NCBI RefSeq assembly: GCF_963517995.1
Contig: NZ_CAUQHQ010000001.1
Span: 583-64,582, forward strand
Source of the DNA: an uncultured Campylobacter sp.
Lineage (GTDB): Bacteria > Campylobacterota > Campylobacteria > Campylobacterales > Campylobacteraceae
Reading direction: 5' to 3'
DNA: 64,000 nt
The notes under the pieces were generated by a model that was not told where the DNA came from, made no database searches, and saw nothing but the letters and a program-made list of their open reading frames with translations. The stretch's first letter is position 1. Every line of letters starts with the position of its first letter. Positions 10,171 to 20,901 of the stretch are shown piece by piece. The position numbers were made by a program, and so were the translations under genes.

Positions 10171-10731
10171 TTATATCTTTTTATACGGAGCTTGTCCGAC
10201 TTCGTAGAAGTTATTACCCTCGCTATCTATCGCTACGATAGCCGGGAAATCCTCAACCGTAAGCCTCGCGACCGCCTCAGGGCCAAGCTCTGGGTAGGCT
10301 AGCACTTCGTACTTTTTGATACTTTGGCTAATTAGCGCGCCCGCACCCCCGATAGCGACCATATAGACGCAGCCTGATTTTTTCATCGCTTCGACGACGG
10401 CATCAGAGCGATATCCTTTGCCGATCATGCCGTTGATGCCTACTTCGTTTATCATCGTCGGAGTGTATTTGTCCATGCGTCCGCTAGTAGTCGGTCCCGC
10501 AGCTCCTATGACGTCGCCCGGTTTTGCGGGGCTTGGTCCTAGGTAGTAGATCGTCTCGCCGGCTAAATTTACGGGCAAGGCCTCGCCGCGAGCCAAAGTC
10601 TCGGTTAGCGCCTTGTGCGCGGCGTCGCGGGCTGCGATGATGGTGCCGCTTATTAGTACGTTATCGCCTGCTTTTAGGCTTTTTACGACCTCTTTGTCAA
10701 ACGGCGCGGTTATCTTTTTTACTTCTGACAT
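10171..10731 (-). CDS. Class I fumarate hydratase / Fe-S hydro-lyase beta subunit
   Basis: ARDAAH, GPTTSGRMD, MIGKG motifs. Confidence 0.92.
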   Translation of the reverse strand: MSEVKKITAPFDKEVVKSLKAGDNVLISGTIIAARDAAHKALTETLARGEALPVNLAGETIYYLGPSPAKPGDVIGAAGPTTSGRMDKYTPTMINEVGINGMIGKGYRSDAVVEAMKKSGCVYMVAIGGAGALISQSIKKYEVLAYPELGPEAVARLTVEDFPAIVAIDSEGNNFYEVGQAPYKKI

Positions 10732-10740
10732 ATTTTCTCC

Positions 10741-11586
10741 TTAAATTTCAGCTTCGGCGTGGCGAGCGGCGTGGCAGTTGATGTTGATAGCGACCGGTAG
10801 GCCCGCGATGTGGGTCGGATACCACTCGATGTTTACTTTTACCGCGGTCGTGTCGCCGCCTAGACCTTGCGGTCCGACGCCCGTTTTACAGGCGAGTTCT
10901 AGCAACTCCTCCTCTAGTTTGGCGTACCGCGGATCGGGGTTTTTGCTGTCTGCGTCGCGAGCGGCGGCGTATTTTGCCATTAGCGCGGCCTTATCCATCG
11001 TGCCGCCTATGCCTACGCCGATCACCATCGGAGGACAGGCGTTTGGACCCGCTAGCTTAACTGTGTCTAGAAATACCTTTTTCACGCCCTCTAGGCCGTC
11101 TGCTGGCACTAGCATTTTTAGAGCCGATTTGTTCTCGCTACCAAAGCCTTTTGGAGCCACTTTTATATGGATTTTATCGCCTCTTACTATCCTTACGTTT
11201 ATGACGGCGGGGGTGTTGTTTGTCGTGTTTTTACGCTCAAAGATCGGATCGTTTACGACTGATTTGCGCAGGTAGCCGCCCACGTAGCCGTCTTTCACGC
11301 CTTCATTTATCGCGTCTTCTAAAAATCCGCCCTCGATATGCACGTCTTGTCCCAGATCGACGAACACGACCGCCATGCCCGTGTCTTGGCAGATCGGAGC
11401 GATGCGCTTCTCGGCTAGATCAGCGTTTTGGAGCACCTTGCCTAGGATGTCCTTGCCTATCGGCGAGCTCTCGTTTTCTCTAGCTTTTTCAAAAGCCGCT
11501 CTCATATCGGGCGTTACGACGTAACAGGCCTGCTTGCAAAGCTCGCTTACGGTTTTGGAGATCGTTTCTGCTTGAACTACTCTCAT
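10741..11586 (-). CDS. Class I fumarate hydratase / Fe-S hydro-lyase alpha subunit
   Basis: PICQDTG, KGFGSEN, ACPP, NINCHAARH motifs. Confidence 0.93.
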   Translation of the reverse strand: MRVVQAETISKTVSELCKQACYVVTPDMRAAFEKARENESSPIGKDILGKVLQNADLAEKRIAPICQDTGMAVVFVDLGQDVHIEGGFLEDAINEGVKDGYVGGYLRKSVVNDPIFERKNTTNNTPAVINVRIVRGDKIHIKVAPKGFGSENKSALKMLVPADGLEGVKKVFLDTVKLAGPNACPPMVIGVGIGGTMDKAALMAKYAAARDADSKNPDPRYAKLEEELLELACKTGVGPQGLGGDTTAVKVNIEWYPTHIAGLPVAININCHAARHAEAEI

Positions 11587-12005
11587 CTGTCCTCCTGTGT
11601 TAAATTTGTTTTCTAAATTTCAAAATGTAGAATTTAAATTTTATATTTTATTAAATTTCGTGAAGTTTATCAAAATAAGCTAAAAAGTTAGATTAAATTT
11701 ACTGATTTTGAGAGAGTCCGAGAGAAAAATCGGCTGAAATTTATGCTTCGCGTAAATTTGAAAATTTAGCCCAGCTAAAGCCGGCGATAAAATTTAACGC
11801 TAGTTCTGCAAGACTCGGCAAAACGGCGATAAATTTAGCGCACGTGCCGCAAACTCAAATTTGACGAAATAGCTTAAATTTAAGCCGGTTTCGAATGCGA
11901 CGGCATTTTCAAATTTAGAGTCGCTAAATTTAAGACGCCGTCTCCGAATCTCAAATTTAAAACTAAATTTACGCCCCGCCTGCAAAAAGCAAGGCGCAAA
12001 TTTGC

Positions 12006-13337
12006 CTAGTCTTCATCCTCTTTTTGCTCAAATTTTCTGCGTACCTTGACGCTAGAGATGCTAGCGCCGTCCATCTTGCGCACCTCGTAGTAGCAGTTTT
12101 CGTCCTCGATCTTGTCGCCTACGACAGGCAAGCGACCGATGAGATTAAAGACATACCCGCCGATCGTTAGCTCCTCGGTCTCGTCGGCAAAGCTTATCCC
12201 CATCAGTTCCTCGACGCTCTCTAAATCAAAGCGCCCCTGAAACTCGTAGATATTTTCGTTGATTTTTTTGTAGTGCGGGTCGGCGTCGTCGTGCTCGTCG
12301 TTAAAGTCGCCTAGGATCTCTTCCATTATGTCTTCCATCGTAAGAAGCCCCGCCGTGCCGCCGTATTCGTCTACGACGAGAGCGGCGGAGATTTGCTGCT
12401 TGTTCATCATCACGAGGATTTTAGATATCGAGAGGTTTTCGGGCACGATGACAAATTTACGCACGATGCTGTCAAATTCGCGCTTTTTGTTACCAAGATC
12501 GATTTGCAAGATATCTCTAATATGGATCATACCTAGTATCGCGTCCTTGCTACCGTCGATATACGGATAGCGCGTATATTTGGAGTCAAAGATCACTTTG
12601 ATGTTTTCTTCGTAGCTTTTTTGCTTGTTTATGCAGACCATGTCGCGGCGCGGAGTCATGATCTCTTTAGCCACCGTGTCGGAGAAATCGACCGCTTTTT
12701 TGATGATCTCGGTCTCAAAGCTATCTAAAACGCCGCCCTTTAGGCTCTCGCCCACGATGATTTTTATCTCTTCTTCGGAGTGGGCTAGCTCGCTCTCTTT
12801 GGCTGGTTTGATGCCCAAAATTTTAAGCGAAACGCCGGCTAGAAAATCAAAAGTCTTGATAAGCGGCGAGAAAACTACCCAAAATACATGTAGCGGACGC
12901 GCGATGGCTAGGACTGCTTTTTCAGATTTTGCGATGGCGACAGACTTTGGTACCAGCTCGCCTAGCACCACGTGCATGAGCGTGATCAGCGTAAACGCGA
13001 TCGCAAACGCGACGGTATGGACTAATATATCGTTTAGATTAAAGTATGTTTTTAGCGGTTCTTCTATCAGCCTAGCTACCGCAGGCTCGCCGATCCAACC
13101 AAGAGCTAGCGAGCTTAGCGTGATGCCTAGCTGCGTGGCGGAGAGGTAGGTGTCGAGGTTGTTTGACATATCAAGCGCGGTTTTTGCGTTTGGCACTTTG
13201 TCCTTAACAAGCTCCTCTAGGCGGGTCTTGCGGACTTTGACGATGGAAAATTCTGATAAGACGAAAAAAGCGTTTAGAAATACGAAGAAAAACGCGAGAG
13301 CGATCATAAAAAGCGAGTCGGCGCTACTGGGGTGCAA
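12006..13337 (-). CDS. HlyC/CorC (CNNM-CBS-CorC) family transporter
   Basis: DUF21 TM region (TQLGITL, GELVPK), CBS pair, VDEYGGTAGLLTMED, CorC domain; TTG start with AAGGA RBS. Confidence 0.93.
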   Translation of the reverse strand: MHPSSADSLFMIALAFFFVFLNAFFVLSEFSIVKVRKTRLEELVKDKVPNAKTALDMSNNLDTYLSATQLGITLSSLALGWIGEPAVARLIEEPLKTYFNLNDILVHTVAFAIAFTLITLMHVVLGELVPKSVAIAKSEKAVLAIARPLHVFWVVFSPLIKTFDFLAGVSLKILGIKPAKESELAHSEEEIKIIVGESLKGGVLDSFETEIIKKAVDFSDTVAKEIMTPRRDMVCINKQKSYEENIKVIFDSKYTRYPYIDGSKDAILGMIHIRDILQIDLGNKKREFDSIVRKFVIVPENLSISKILVMMNKQQISAALVVDEYGGTAGLLTMEDIMEEILGDFNDEHDDADPHYKKINENIYEFQGRFDLESVEELMGISFADETEELTIGGYVFNLIGRLPVVGDKIEDENCYYEVRKMDGASISSVKVRRKFEQKEDED

Positions 13338-14075
13338 TTAAAATCCTTAAAAAATTAAAATGAAATGCGGCGATTATAGCAAAAAATCGGGAATTTTAAA
13401 CTGAAAGCGCATTTTTGTCGCCGCCGGAGCGGGCGAGAGTCGCGGAGGCTATTTTGCCGCGTTTTGGCGCTTTTAGTCGTGCACGCGCCCTGCTCGCCGT
13501 TTAAATTTTAGCACAAATTTGACCTCCGTGCTAAACTTGTAATAAAAATATTGCTTATTTTATCCGCTTTTTGCAGCAAATTTGTACGCCAATCCCCGGC
13601 TAAACCCGCGCCGTAAAAACGCAAAACGCAAAAATACAAGCCAAATTTGAAAGAATTTAAATTTGCGTCGCCTGCGTCATTGGGGCTCAAGTTCTTAAAT
13701 TTGATAAAGGAGTTAAATTTGGATTAGTTTTAAGGCTTTGCCGGCAGCACCGAATTTAAGCTCTAAAAGCAAATCGGCTCGCTGTAAATTTTAAAATTTG
13801 AGCCAAGATCGGGCGGCTTTGACGCGGCGATTTTAGCGCTTGAAATGTCAAATTTGACCGCAAATTTGAACTACGGCAAATTTAAATTTTGAAGCTAAAT
13901 TTGACTTGCGATCTAGCCGTTTTGCCAACACAAGTCCGAACCGACGCGGCGAATTTGAACGTAAAATCCGCCCGCAAAACCGCTAAAACTGCGCTTTGTC
14001 GCCGTTTGCTTTAGCGCCGTTTACAAAGTCGGTCGCTTTTTTAGCAGGCCTTTTGATCCCTTTTTAAGACGCAAA

Positions 14076-14186
14076 GCCTCAAGCCCCTCGTAGTCGGCGT
14101 TTTCGTCGTCCCGCCCATGTAATCCGCGCCAAAAGCCCCAAGATAAACAGTATAAATATCGCTCGCGCCCGCTCCTTTGTAAATTT
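14076..14186 (-). pseudogene. Decayed inverted paralog of the 70-aa gene at 15791-16003
   Basis: Minus strand reads aaatttacaaaggag...ARAIFILFILGLLA / YMGGTTKT / ADYEGL versus aaatttgtaaaggag...MARLVFILLILGLITWFYMGGTNKTVADYKGM; start lost, frameshifted. Confidence 0.7.
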
Positions 14187-14946
14187 AGCTTTAATATACA
14201 GCGGCAAGGGGTTTAAATTTAGCTTGATTTTGCGCAGATTTGCGACATTTTTAGAAAAAGAGCCTAACGAACCGATATCGCGGCAAAAACCGATCGCCCC
14301 CAAACAGCGCCTGCGGCTAGATCGCTACCGCAAAAAACTAACGCTAGTATCGCCCTGTCATCTGGGTCGCGACCCGTAAATTTCAGCTCAAAAACGATCA
14401 AGCCGAGATCGCAATCCAAGAAAAGAAAATCGGTCGCCGTTTTATATCTCTTCTCTCTTTTATATGGGCCAAATTTGGCGCGCGGGCAACGGCGGCGAGC
14501 GGATTAAATTTAACAAAACTACACCGACATAACGGCCGTTTTACAATCTTTGAGGCACTAGCGGCAAATCGCGCGAAGAAAATGAAACAAGAGTTAAATT
14601 TGTGCGGGTCGCGGACGTCCGAGTCGCCAAATTTGACGCCGTAAAAAAGAAGCAAAAAAGACGGCGTAAATTTTATAAATTCGGCATTGCAAATTTGCAA
14701 GCAATAGAAGCAGTACAAACCAGTCGTCAACGCCCGCCGCACCTGGAGTAAGCTCACACTCAAACCCAGAGAGCGTCAAACGCCGCCCATAAAAAAGCAA
14801 AATTTAAAAAACGGCGAATTTTAGCGGTCTCGCGCAAGAATAAATCCGAATAAAATAGCCAAAATCGGCGCCGCAAGTAAAATTTATGCGACAAAATTTG
14901 CACAAATCCGCAAAAAGGCGAGCGAATTTGTGCGGGCTAAGTTAGA

Positions 14947-15399
14947 TCATTTTACTTTTTTGCCGTTTTTGTAGCTGGCGAAAATTTCGGTCGTGCCGTC
15001 CTTTTTAAACGCGATCACGTCGTAGTCTTCGACGATGTCGCCCTGCTCCATACCCGGACTTCCCAGCGGCATGCCGGGCACCGAGATGCCCACGACGTCA
15101 GAGGGTTTAGCGGCCAAAAGCGCTTTTATCTCCTGCGCCGGTACGTGCCCCTCGATAGCGTAGCCTCCGACTATGCCGGTATGACAGCTGTATAGCTCCG
15201 CCGGCACGCCGTATTTATTTTTTGTTTCGATTATCTCGTTTGTTTTATGCTCGGTTATCTCAAAGCCGTTTTGCTTCATTACCTCGCCCCATTTGCCGCA
15301 GCAACCGCACTCGGGACTTTTATAAACCTCGATCGTCTCGCCTAGCGCGGCAGCCGCGATCGCGGAAAATAGCGCAAAGCCCAAAAAGATCTTTTTCAT
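14947..15399 (-). CDS. DUF411 (CopG-like) periplasmic metal-binding protein
   Basis: YKSPECGCC, SCHT, IEGHVP, VPGMPLGSPGME; signal peptide; ATG 15399 with RBS. Confidence 0.92.
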   Translation of the reverse strand: MKKIFLGFALFSAIAAAALGETIEVYKSPECGCCGKWGEVMKQNGFEITEHKTNEIIETKNKYGVPAELYSCHTGIVGGYAIEGHVPAQEIKALLAAKPSDVVGISVPGMPLGSPGMEQGDIVEDYDVIAFKKDGTTEIFASYKNGKKVK

Positions 15400-15790
15400 C
15401 CTTATCCTTTTATAAAAATTTCGGCGCATTTTAGCATAATGTATATAAACGGCAAATCAAGTTTTCAAAAACCAAATCTGAATAATTTCTCTCTAAATTT
15501 TAGCTCGGCTTTGAAATTTAGCCTAAAGCGGCCCTTGTCGCGTCGGCGGACAAAATCGCCTAAACGGCAAGCCCAGTGCATCGCTAGCGCAAAGCGTATC
15601 GTCATTTAGGCGTTGCAAACCGTGCCGCTAAGCATAAGACGGGCGCCGGTCTAACCGCGACGTAAGGCTAAATGCGATTTTATGCAGATATTATTTTAAA
15701 AATCGCCGCGCAGCTTGGATTTTACGCAAAAACAAGCTAAATTTAACCGTCGCCATTGTATCATTAAAAATAAATTTGTAAAGGAGAAAA

Positions 15791-16003
15791 ATGGCGCGAC
15801 TAGTTTTTATTTTGTTAATTCTAGGTTTAATCACGTGGTTTTATATGGGCGGAACGAATAAAACCGTGGCCGACTACAAGGGCATGAGTAGCGAGCAGCT
15901 AGAAACGCTGTGCCTAGAGAAAAAGGACAAAACCGCGTGCCAAAAATACGCGATAGACTTCGTAAAAGGCGCCAAAGCAAACGGCGGTAAGCCGCAGTTT
16001 TAG
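15791..16003 (+). CDS. Small membrane-anchored protein (70 aa, one Cys pair)
   Basis: Strong RBS AAGGAG; N-terminal hydrophobic helix; C...AC resembling a half Sel1/Hcp repeat. Confidence 0.75.
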   Translation: MARLVFILLILGLITWFYMGGTNKTVADYKGMSSEQLETLCLEKKDKTACQKYAIDFVKGAKANGGKPQF

Positions 16004-16157
16004 GCATTTTTAGCGCGGATCTACTTGGTAAATTTGCCTGATTAAGGCTTAGGTTTTAAATTACCGAATTTAGCGTCAGATGCGGCCCTAAATTTAAACT
16101 CTTGACGCAAATTTAGATTTCTAAATTCGGCGTATATTTTAACCGCTTAGATAATAA

Positions 16158-16183
16158 AAAGCCTGATTGCAAAATCAGGCTTT
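16158..16183. terminator. Intrinsic terminator (possibly bidirectional)
   Basis: AAAGCCTGATT-gcaa-AATCAGGCTTT between convergent genes. Confidence 0.7.
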
Positions 16184-16196
16184 ATTTTTTAATTTT

Positions 16197-16517
16197 TTAC
16201 TTCATCGTGCAAGCTACTTGATCGCCTAGATCGCAAGCTTTTGTATAAAATATTTTAGCATTTGCCATATCTCCACTTTTTTTGTATTTATATGCCAATA
16301 AAGTGCAAGCTTCGGCATTATTTAGATTGCAAGCTTTTCGAAAAAGTTCAATTTCTTTAGGATCGTTTTCGCCTGCAACATAGTATTTTTCAGCAGCTTT
16401 CAAACAAGCCTGCGCATCGCCGCCGTCGCATTTTTTGATATTATCCTCCAGCTCCCCGGCACTCAAATTTAAAGAGCATAGCATGGCAACGACCATAACT
16501 AAAACGATTTTTTTCAT
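16197..16517 (-). CDS. Secreted Sel1-like/Hcp cysteine-rich repeat protein
   Basis: Signal peptide; KACNLNNAEAC and KACDLGDQVAC repeats. Confidence 0.85.
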   Translation of the reverse strand: MKKIVLVMVVAMLCSLNLSAGELEDNIKKCDGGDAQACLKAAEKYYVAGENDPKEIELFRKACNLNNAEACTLLAYKYKKSGDMANAKIFYTKACDLGDQVACTMK

Positions 16518-17383
16518 TGTTTTCCTTTTGATTGAGGTTGGTTAATCATTATATTTTTATTTGCACTGTTTTACAAGCCTCGTTTTTATAATAAATGCAA
16601 GATTTTGGGCAAATTTGCGCCAAACCTAAAAGCAGCGGTTTGGCCCAAAACGCGGACAAAGGCGCTAATCATGCCGCAAAATCAAAAATAAAAGAGAAAA
16701 ATTTTGCGCCGCCGATAAAGATTTAGGCGGCGATTTTTGATTTAAAAGCATAGAAAAGCAAAGCCCGTTTCGCTAAAATTTAGCAAGCAAAACAGCAAAA
16801 ATCGGAATAAATTTAAGATACTATCTTTATTTACGGCTCGCCGACGACGAGTTTTGCACGTTTTGCCGCCGCAGGCGTTAGGATAAAAATGCGGCGCTAT
16901 AAATTTACCTCCGCTTGCGCCGCTAGCACCGAAATTTAGAAACGCTTTAGCCCAAAATCGTCTGCGCCCTTAGAAATCCTATTTTTGGCGCCGTTAGATT
17001 TTTGCGCAAATTAGTCCAAAAATAGCAGCATATGCCCGCGGCGCGCGAGTAAATTTAAGAGCGTTGGTTTAATGCGTCAAATCCAAAGCACTAACAAATC
17101 TGCGGCGTCAAGCCCCTTTGCCTATCCGCAAAAACCGTCGTATAAAACCGCGCATGGGGGACTAAAACAAAGCCTTTTGGCGCAAAACAGGCAAGCTCTC
17201 CAAAAGCTCATCGCATTATTTAAGACCGGGTAAAACCAACTGCGATATCCAAATTTGACGTAACTCCCCAAAAGCTCATCGCCGCAGTCGTTCTCAAAAT
17301 CTAGCGAGAAAGGACGCGCTAGCAGGCGCAAGCGGCGATATTAAATTTAACGAGCCAAACCGCGCAAGAGCAAACGCGCTAGG

Positions 17384-18175
17384 CTAATAGATAAAAAGCC
17401 CCTCTTTATTTGCCTCGCCGACCTTGTCCGTTTTGACCCACGCTACGACGTAGATAATAAACGATGCCACGATAAAAAGAAAACTAAATATAAACAAGTA
17501 CCCGCTTGCTTGCATCAGCTCCCCGATAAAAAATACGAAAATATATGCTTTAAAAAGCCCGTTTCTAGTTAGCCTAGCAAGCTTAAAAAAGACCTTCGCC
17601 CAAACTACCGCCACGTAAACTAGCAAAAGCGCCGCGATAACGGCGACGAGCCTAGCTAGCGGATGGCCCGTTTGCGCCAAATAAAACGCCAACGTCTGCG
17701 TGACCTGGGCGACGAACATCGCCATCATCGCCTTACCGTAGTTTACGTGCAGATCATCGCTACCCGCAAGCCGCGCGATACCGCCTAGCGCCGCATAGGT
17801 TAGCAGCGCGCCTACGAGGACTGCTAGAGCAACGGCGATTTGTAGCTTTAGCCCCGCGTAGTCCGCGATAAAAAACGCGTAAAGTTTGATAACGGCAGGC
17901 GCGACGCCGGAAGCTATGCCTGCCGTCCTAGCCCGCCAAAATGCCGCGCTTTCTTTTAGTGCCGCCTTCGTCTCCTCGCTTCTGGCGTCTTTCGTGGCGC
18001 GCCTCTCGCCCTCGTCCGTCACCACGAATACGTCGCGGGCAAACTCCCCGTCGGCTCGAAACGCCACGCACTCTCCTCCGCCAGGCCGCCCCGCGCGCAC
18101 CTCTTCAAAGCTAAATTTATAGTATTTCCCATCATCGCCGACTATCGTCGTTTCGCTTATCGCTACGCCCTTCAT
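17384..18175 (-). CDS. Membrane protein with small soluble N-terminal domain and ~6 TM helices
   Basis: IVGDDGKYYKF N-terminus then hydrophobic segments; RBS AAGGAG; downstream of DUF3137. Confidence 0.75.
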   Translation of the reverse strand: MKGVAISETTIVGDDGKYYKFSFEEVRAGRPGGGECVAFRADGEFARDVFVVTDEGERRATKDARSEETKAALKESAAFWRARTAGIASGVAPAVIKLYAFFIADYAGLKLQIAVALAVLVGALLTYAALGGIARLAGSDDLHVNYGKAMMAMFVAQVTQTLAFYLAQTGHPLARLVAVIAALLLVYVAVVWAKVFFKLARLTRNGLFKAYIFVFFIGELMQASGYLFIFSFLFIVASFIIYVVAWVKTDKVGEANKEGLFIY

Positions 18176-18285
18176 CCGCTCTCCTTTTTCGTTTTACCGC
18201 CACGCTCGGTGACTTTCGTCTCGCACGCTCGTTTAGGTTTTTAGGGTGCGGGTTACGCCGCCCGTCAAATTTAGCGCCGCACTTT

Positions 18286-19152
18286 CTAATCCGCCCAAAT
18301 TTTACGGTTTAGCCGCAGCTCCTCGACGATACGCAAAAAGCCGCCGATCTCGTCTTTGTAAAATCTATTCGCTCCCTTACCAACGAGCGGGCGGCGCAGA
18401 TCTGGCTCGAAGTTATCGCGTCCCGTGCGGATCGCCATACAGATTTTATCCCCAGTTAGCACGATGTTTATAGGGCGGTGAAATCTCATTTTTAGCAGCT
18501 TTAAATTTTCCATCAAGCCAGGCGTGAGCGCGTATCTAGCCTCGATCTGATCGGTTGCGTAGACTCTAAAATACCGCTCAAACTCCGCGTCGTCCATCCT
18601 CGCGCGCTTGCCGCCGTAGTCCTTAAACTCATCCGTCCCGCTACAAATTTGAGTGACGGCCTTTAAGCGTTTAGGAAAATCGGCCACGAACAAAAGCCCC
18701 GCAAAAAGCACTCTATGCGTCTTGTTCCCCTGCCAGTCCTCTTTGATGCTTATCGCCTCTACGTCGCTAAATTTGACCCGCACGCCCTCTATCTGCCCGA
18801 AAATCAGGTCGTTGCCCGAGTATTTATCGATGTCAAAATCATAAATCATATATAAATAATCATTTTCCACTAAGCCGCCCGGGTGGTAGGTTAGGCCGCA
18901 GCTTTCGACGATGCTGCGTATAACTTTTCGTTTAAATTTAAATGTAAAGCTATCAGTGAAAATGCTCTCGAAAAAATAATACGCCCCGACCGCGCAAACC
19001 ACGAAAGCGCCGATGCTAAGCGCGGCTTTATGCGAGGCTAGATAAAGCAGCCAAGACGCGGCCGCAGCGATAAAGACGCAGGCGAGCTTTAGGCGAAAAA
19101 GTGAGCGTAAAACCCTTTGCCGCTCAAGCTCTAGCAAGACCAGATCGTCCAT
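18286..19152 (-). CDS. DUF3137 domain membrane protein
   Basis: Two TMs; YSGNDLIFG, FAGLLFVADF, FERYFRVYATDQIEARYALTP; next to lemA. Confidence 0.85.
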   Translation of the reverse strand: MDDLVLLELERQRVLRSLFRLKLACVFIAAAASWLLYLASHKAALSIGAFVVCAVGAYYFFESIFTDSFTFKFKRKVIRSIVESCGLTYHPGGLVENDYLYMIYDFDIDKYSGNDLIFGQIEGVRVKFSDVEAISIKEDWQGNKTHRVLFAGLLFVADFPKRLKAVTQICSGTDEFKDYGGKRARMDDAEFERYFRVYATDQIEARYALTPGLMENLKLLKMRFHRPINIVLTGDKICMAIRTGRDNFEPDLRRPLVGKGANRFYKDEIGGFLRIVEELRLNRKIWAD

Positions 19153-19421
19153 TTTTACTCCATTTTTGATTTAACGCCGTTTTTGCGAATTTGACTATTT
19201 TAAACCTGCATTTGGGCTTTGGCATTTAAATTTGCTTTAATCTGCATTAATCTAAGCTCGACGTTTACGAGCCGCGGCGTTTTAATTAAAACCGAGTTTG
19301 CCGCCCAAATTTACCGTCCGAGCCGCTTTTTGCGTTCAAATTTAGCAAGTCCGCTTGCATTTAAGAACGCCGCGGTTAAAGCGCCTAAATTTAGTTCAAA
19401 TTTGGCGAATCGAGTGCAAAT

Positions 19422-19976
19422 TTAGCGGTTAAAAAGCTCGTGCACGTCGTGCGGATCGTCTTGCCCCTTAGGCACCTCGAAAAATGCCGCCTTGCTAAAC
19501 CTCGCCCAGCTAGCGACGATGTTTGAGGGAAACATCTCCACGGCGTTGTTATAGTCGGTCACGGCAGCGTTGTAGGCGCGACGCGCAGCGGAGATCTGCT
19601 CCTCGATATCGTTTATCGTTTTTTGTAGGTGCATTACGTTTTCGTTTGCTTTTAGTTCAGGATAGTTCTCCACGACGACGTTTAACTTTGAGATCAGATT
19701 TGACAGCTCGCCGTTTAGCGCAAATCTCTGTTCGTCACCCGCAGCCTTTTGGATGCCGCTTCTAAGCGCGGAGATATTTTCTAGCAGCTCGCGCTCATGC
19801 GTGAGATACTGCTTGACGGTGGCGACTAAATTCGGAATGAGGTCAAAACGCTTTTTTAACTGCGTATCGACGCCTGATTTGATATTTAGGACTTGGTTTC
19901 GCTTGCCCACTAGCGAGTTATAGGTCGAAATGACGATGAGCGCGAGAACGGCGAGGACGCCTAGGACGATATACAT
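19422..19976 (-). CDS. lemA: LemA family protein
   Basis: YNSLV, QLKKRFDLIPNLV, ENYPELKAN, ARRAYN, FPSNIVA. Confidence 0.95.
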   Translation of the reverse strand: MYIVLGVLAVLALIVISTYNSLVGKRNQVLNIKSGVDTQLKKRFDLIPNLVATVKQYLTHERELLENISALRSGIQKAAGDEQRFALNGELSNLISKLNVVVENYPELKANENVMHLQKTINDIEEQISAARRAYNAAVTDYNNAVEMFPSNIVASWARFSKAAFFEVPKGQDDPHDVHELFNR

Positions 19977-20901
19977 TTTACTCCTTTGATTTAACTTTTG
20001 TTTTGATTATATCAAAAAATCGCTGAAACCGAAAATTTATACGCGTTTTGCCGCGCTAGATGCTAGGTCGCCCGAAGTTTTGCAACCAAAACGCCAAATT
20101 TCGCTTGCCTTTAAGCAGCTTTGCGAGCAAATTCGGACATATGGCTAATTGCCGTAAAATCAAGGCGCGCGGCCGATTCCTGCGCTTAAATTTAAGCTTA
20201 AAAACGCAAAATACGCTTTTAGCTTTGCGTTACGGGCGGTTAAGCACATTTTTAAACAAAAACCAAAGCAGATACGCGCAAGCAAAACGGCTCAGCGCGA
20301 GGTCTTGCCGGGCGGCGATAGGCGGGTAAAATCTGGCTTATAAAATTCGCCTGCACGGGCGACACGGCCTTTTGCCGCGATAAATTCGTATCTTTTGAGG
20401 GTGATTTTACGCGGGCTAACGGCTAAATCATCGCAAATTTAGCACCGTTTAAGCAGCGATAAAAAATAGCGTTTTAAAGCACGCCAAAAAGAGCGCGAAC
20501 CGCAATCTTATCGCGGTTTCAGAGTTTTAAGCTGCAAGAGCAAAATTAGCTTTAAACGGCAAAATTGCCGAGTCGTCAATCCATCTCGCGCGTTTTGCGT
20601 TTAGGCGAGGAAATTGCCGCTCGCGCCCTACGCGAAATTTAGCTATTTTGCCGATTTTGCCGGCCGCAAGTAGGCAAATTTACGCCCGCTAGCAAGCCAA
20701 GAGGGCAAAAGCTCGGATTTACGCCGCGCGCAAACGGCAAATTTGCGATTTTGCGCCGTAAGGCAAAATCCAAAACTAGCTAAAAGACGCAAATTTAGGG
20801 CGCGTATAAAAACTAAACCAAAATGCTTTAGCCTTTTAAATTGCCGCAAAAGCGCTTTTACCGCGTCTTGCGCGATAAATTGCGGGATAAATCCCGGCAA
20901 A

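Noticed and set aside
13340..14000. Regularly recurring AAATTT units as a possible CRISPR or tandem array
   Set aside because: Only a 6-8 nt core recurs, spacing is irregular, and no cas genes are present.
17196..17282. Direct repeat CTC(T/C)CCAAAAGCTCATCGC, two copies 68 bp apart
   Set aside because: Only two copies within a probable decayed coding stretch; not enough to call an array or att site.
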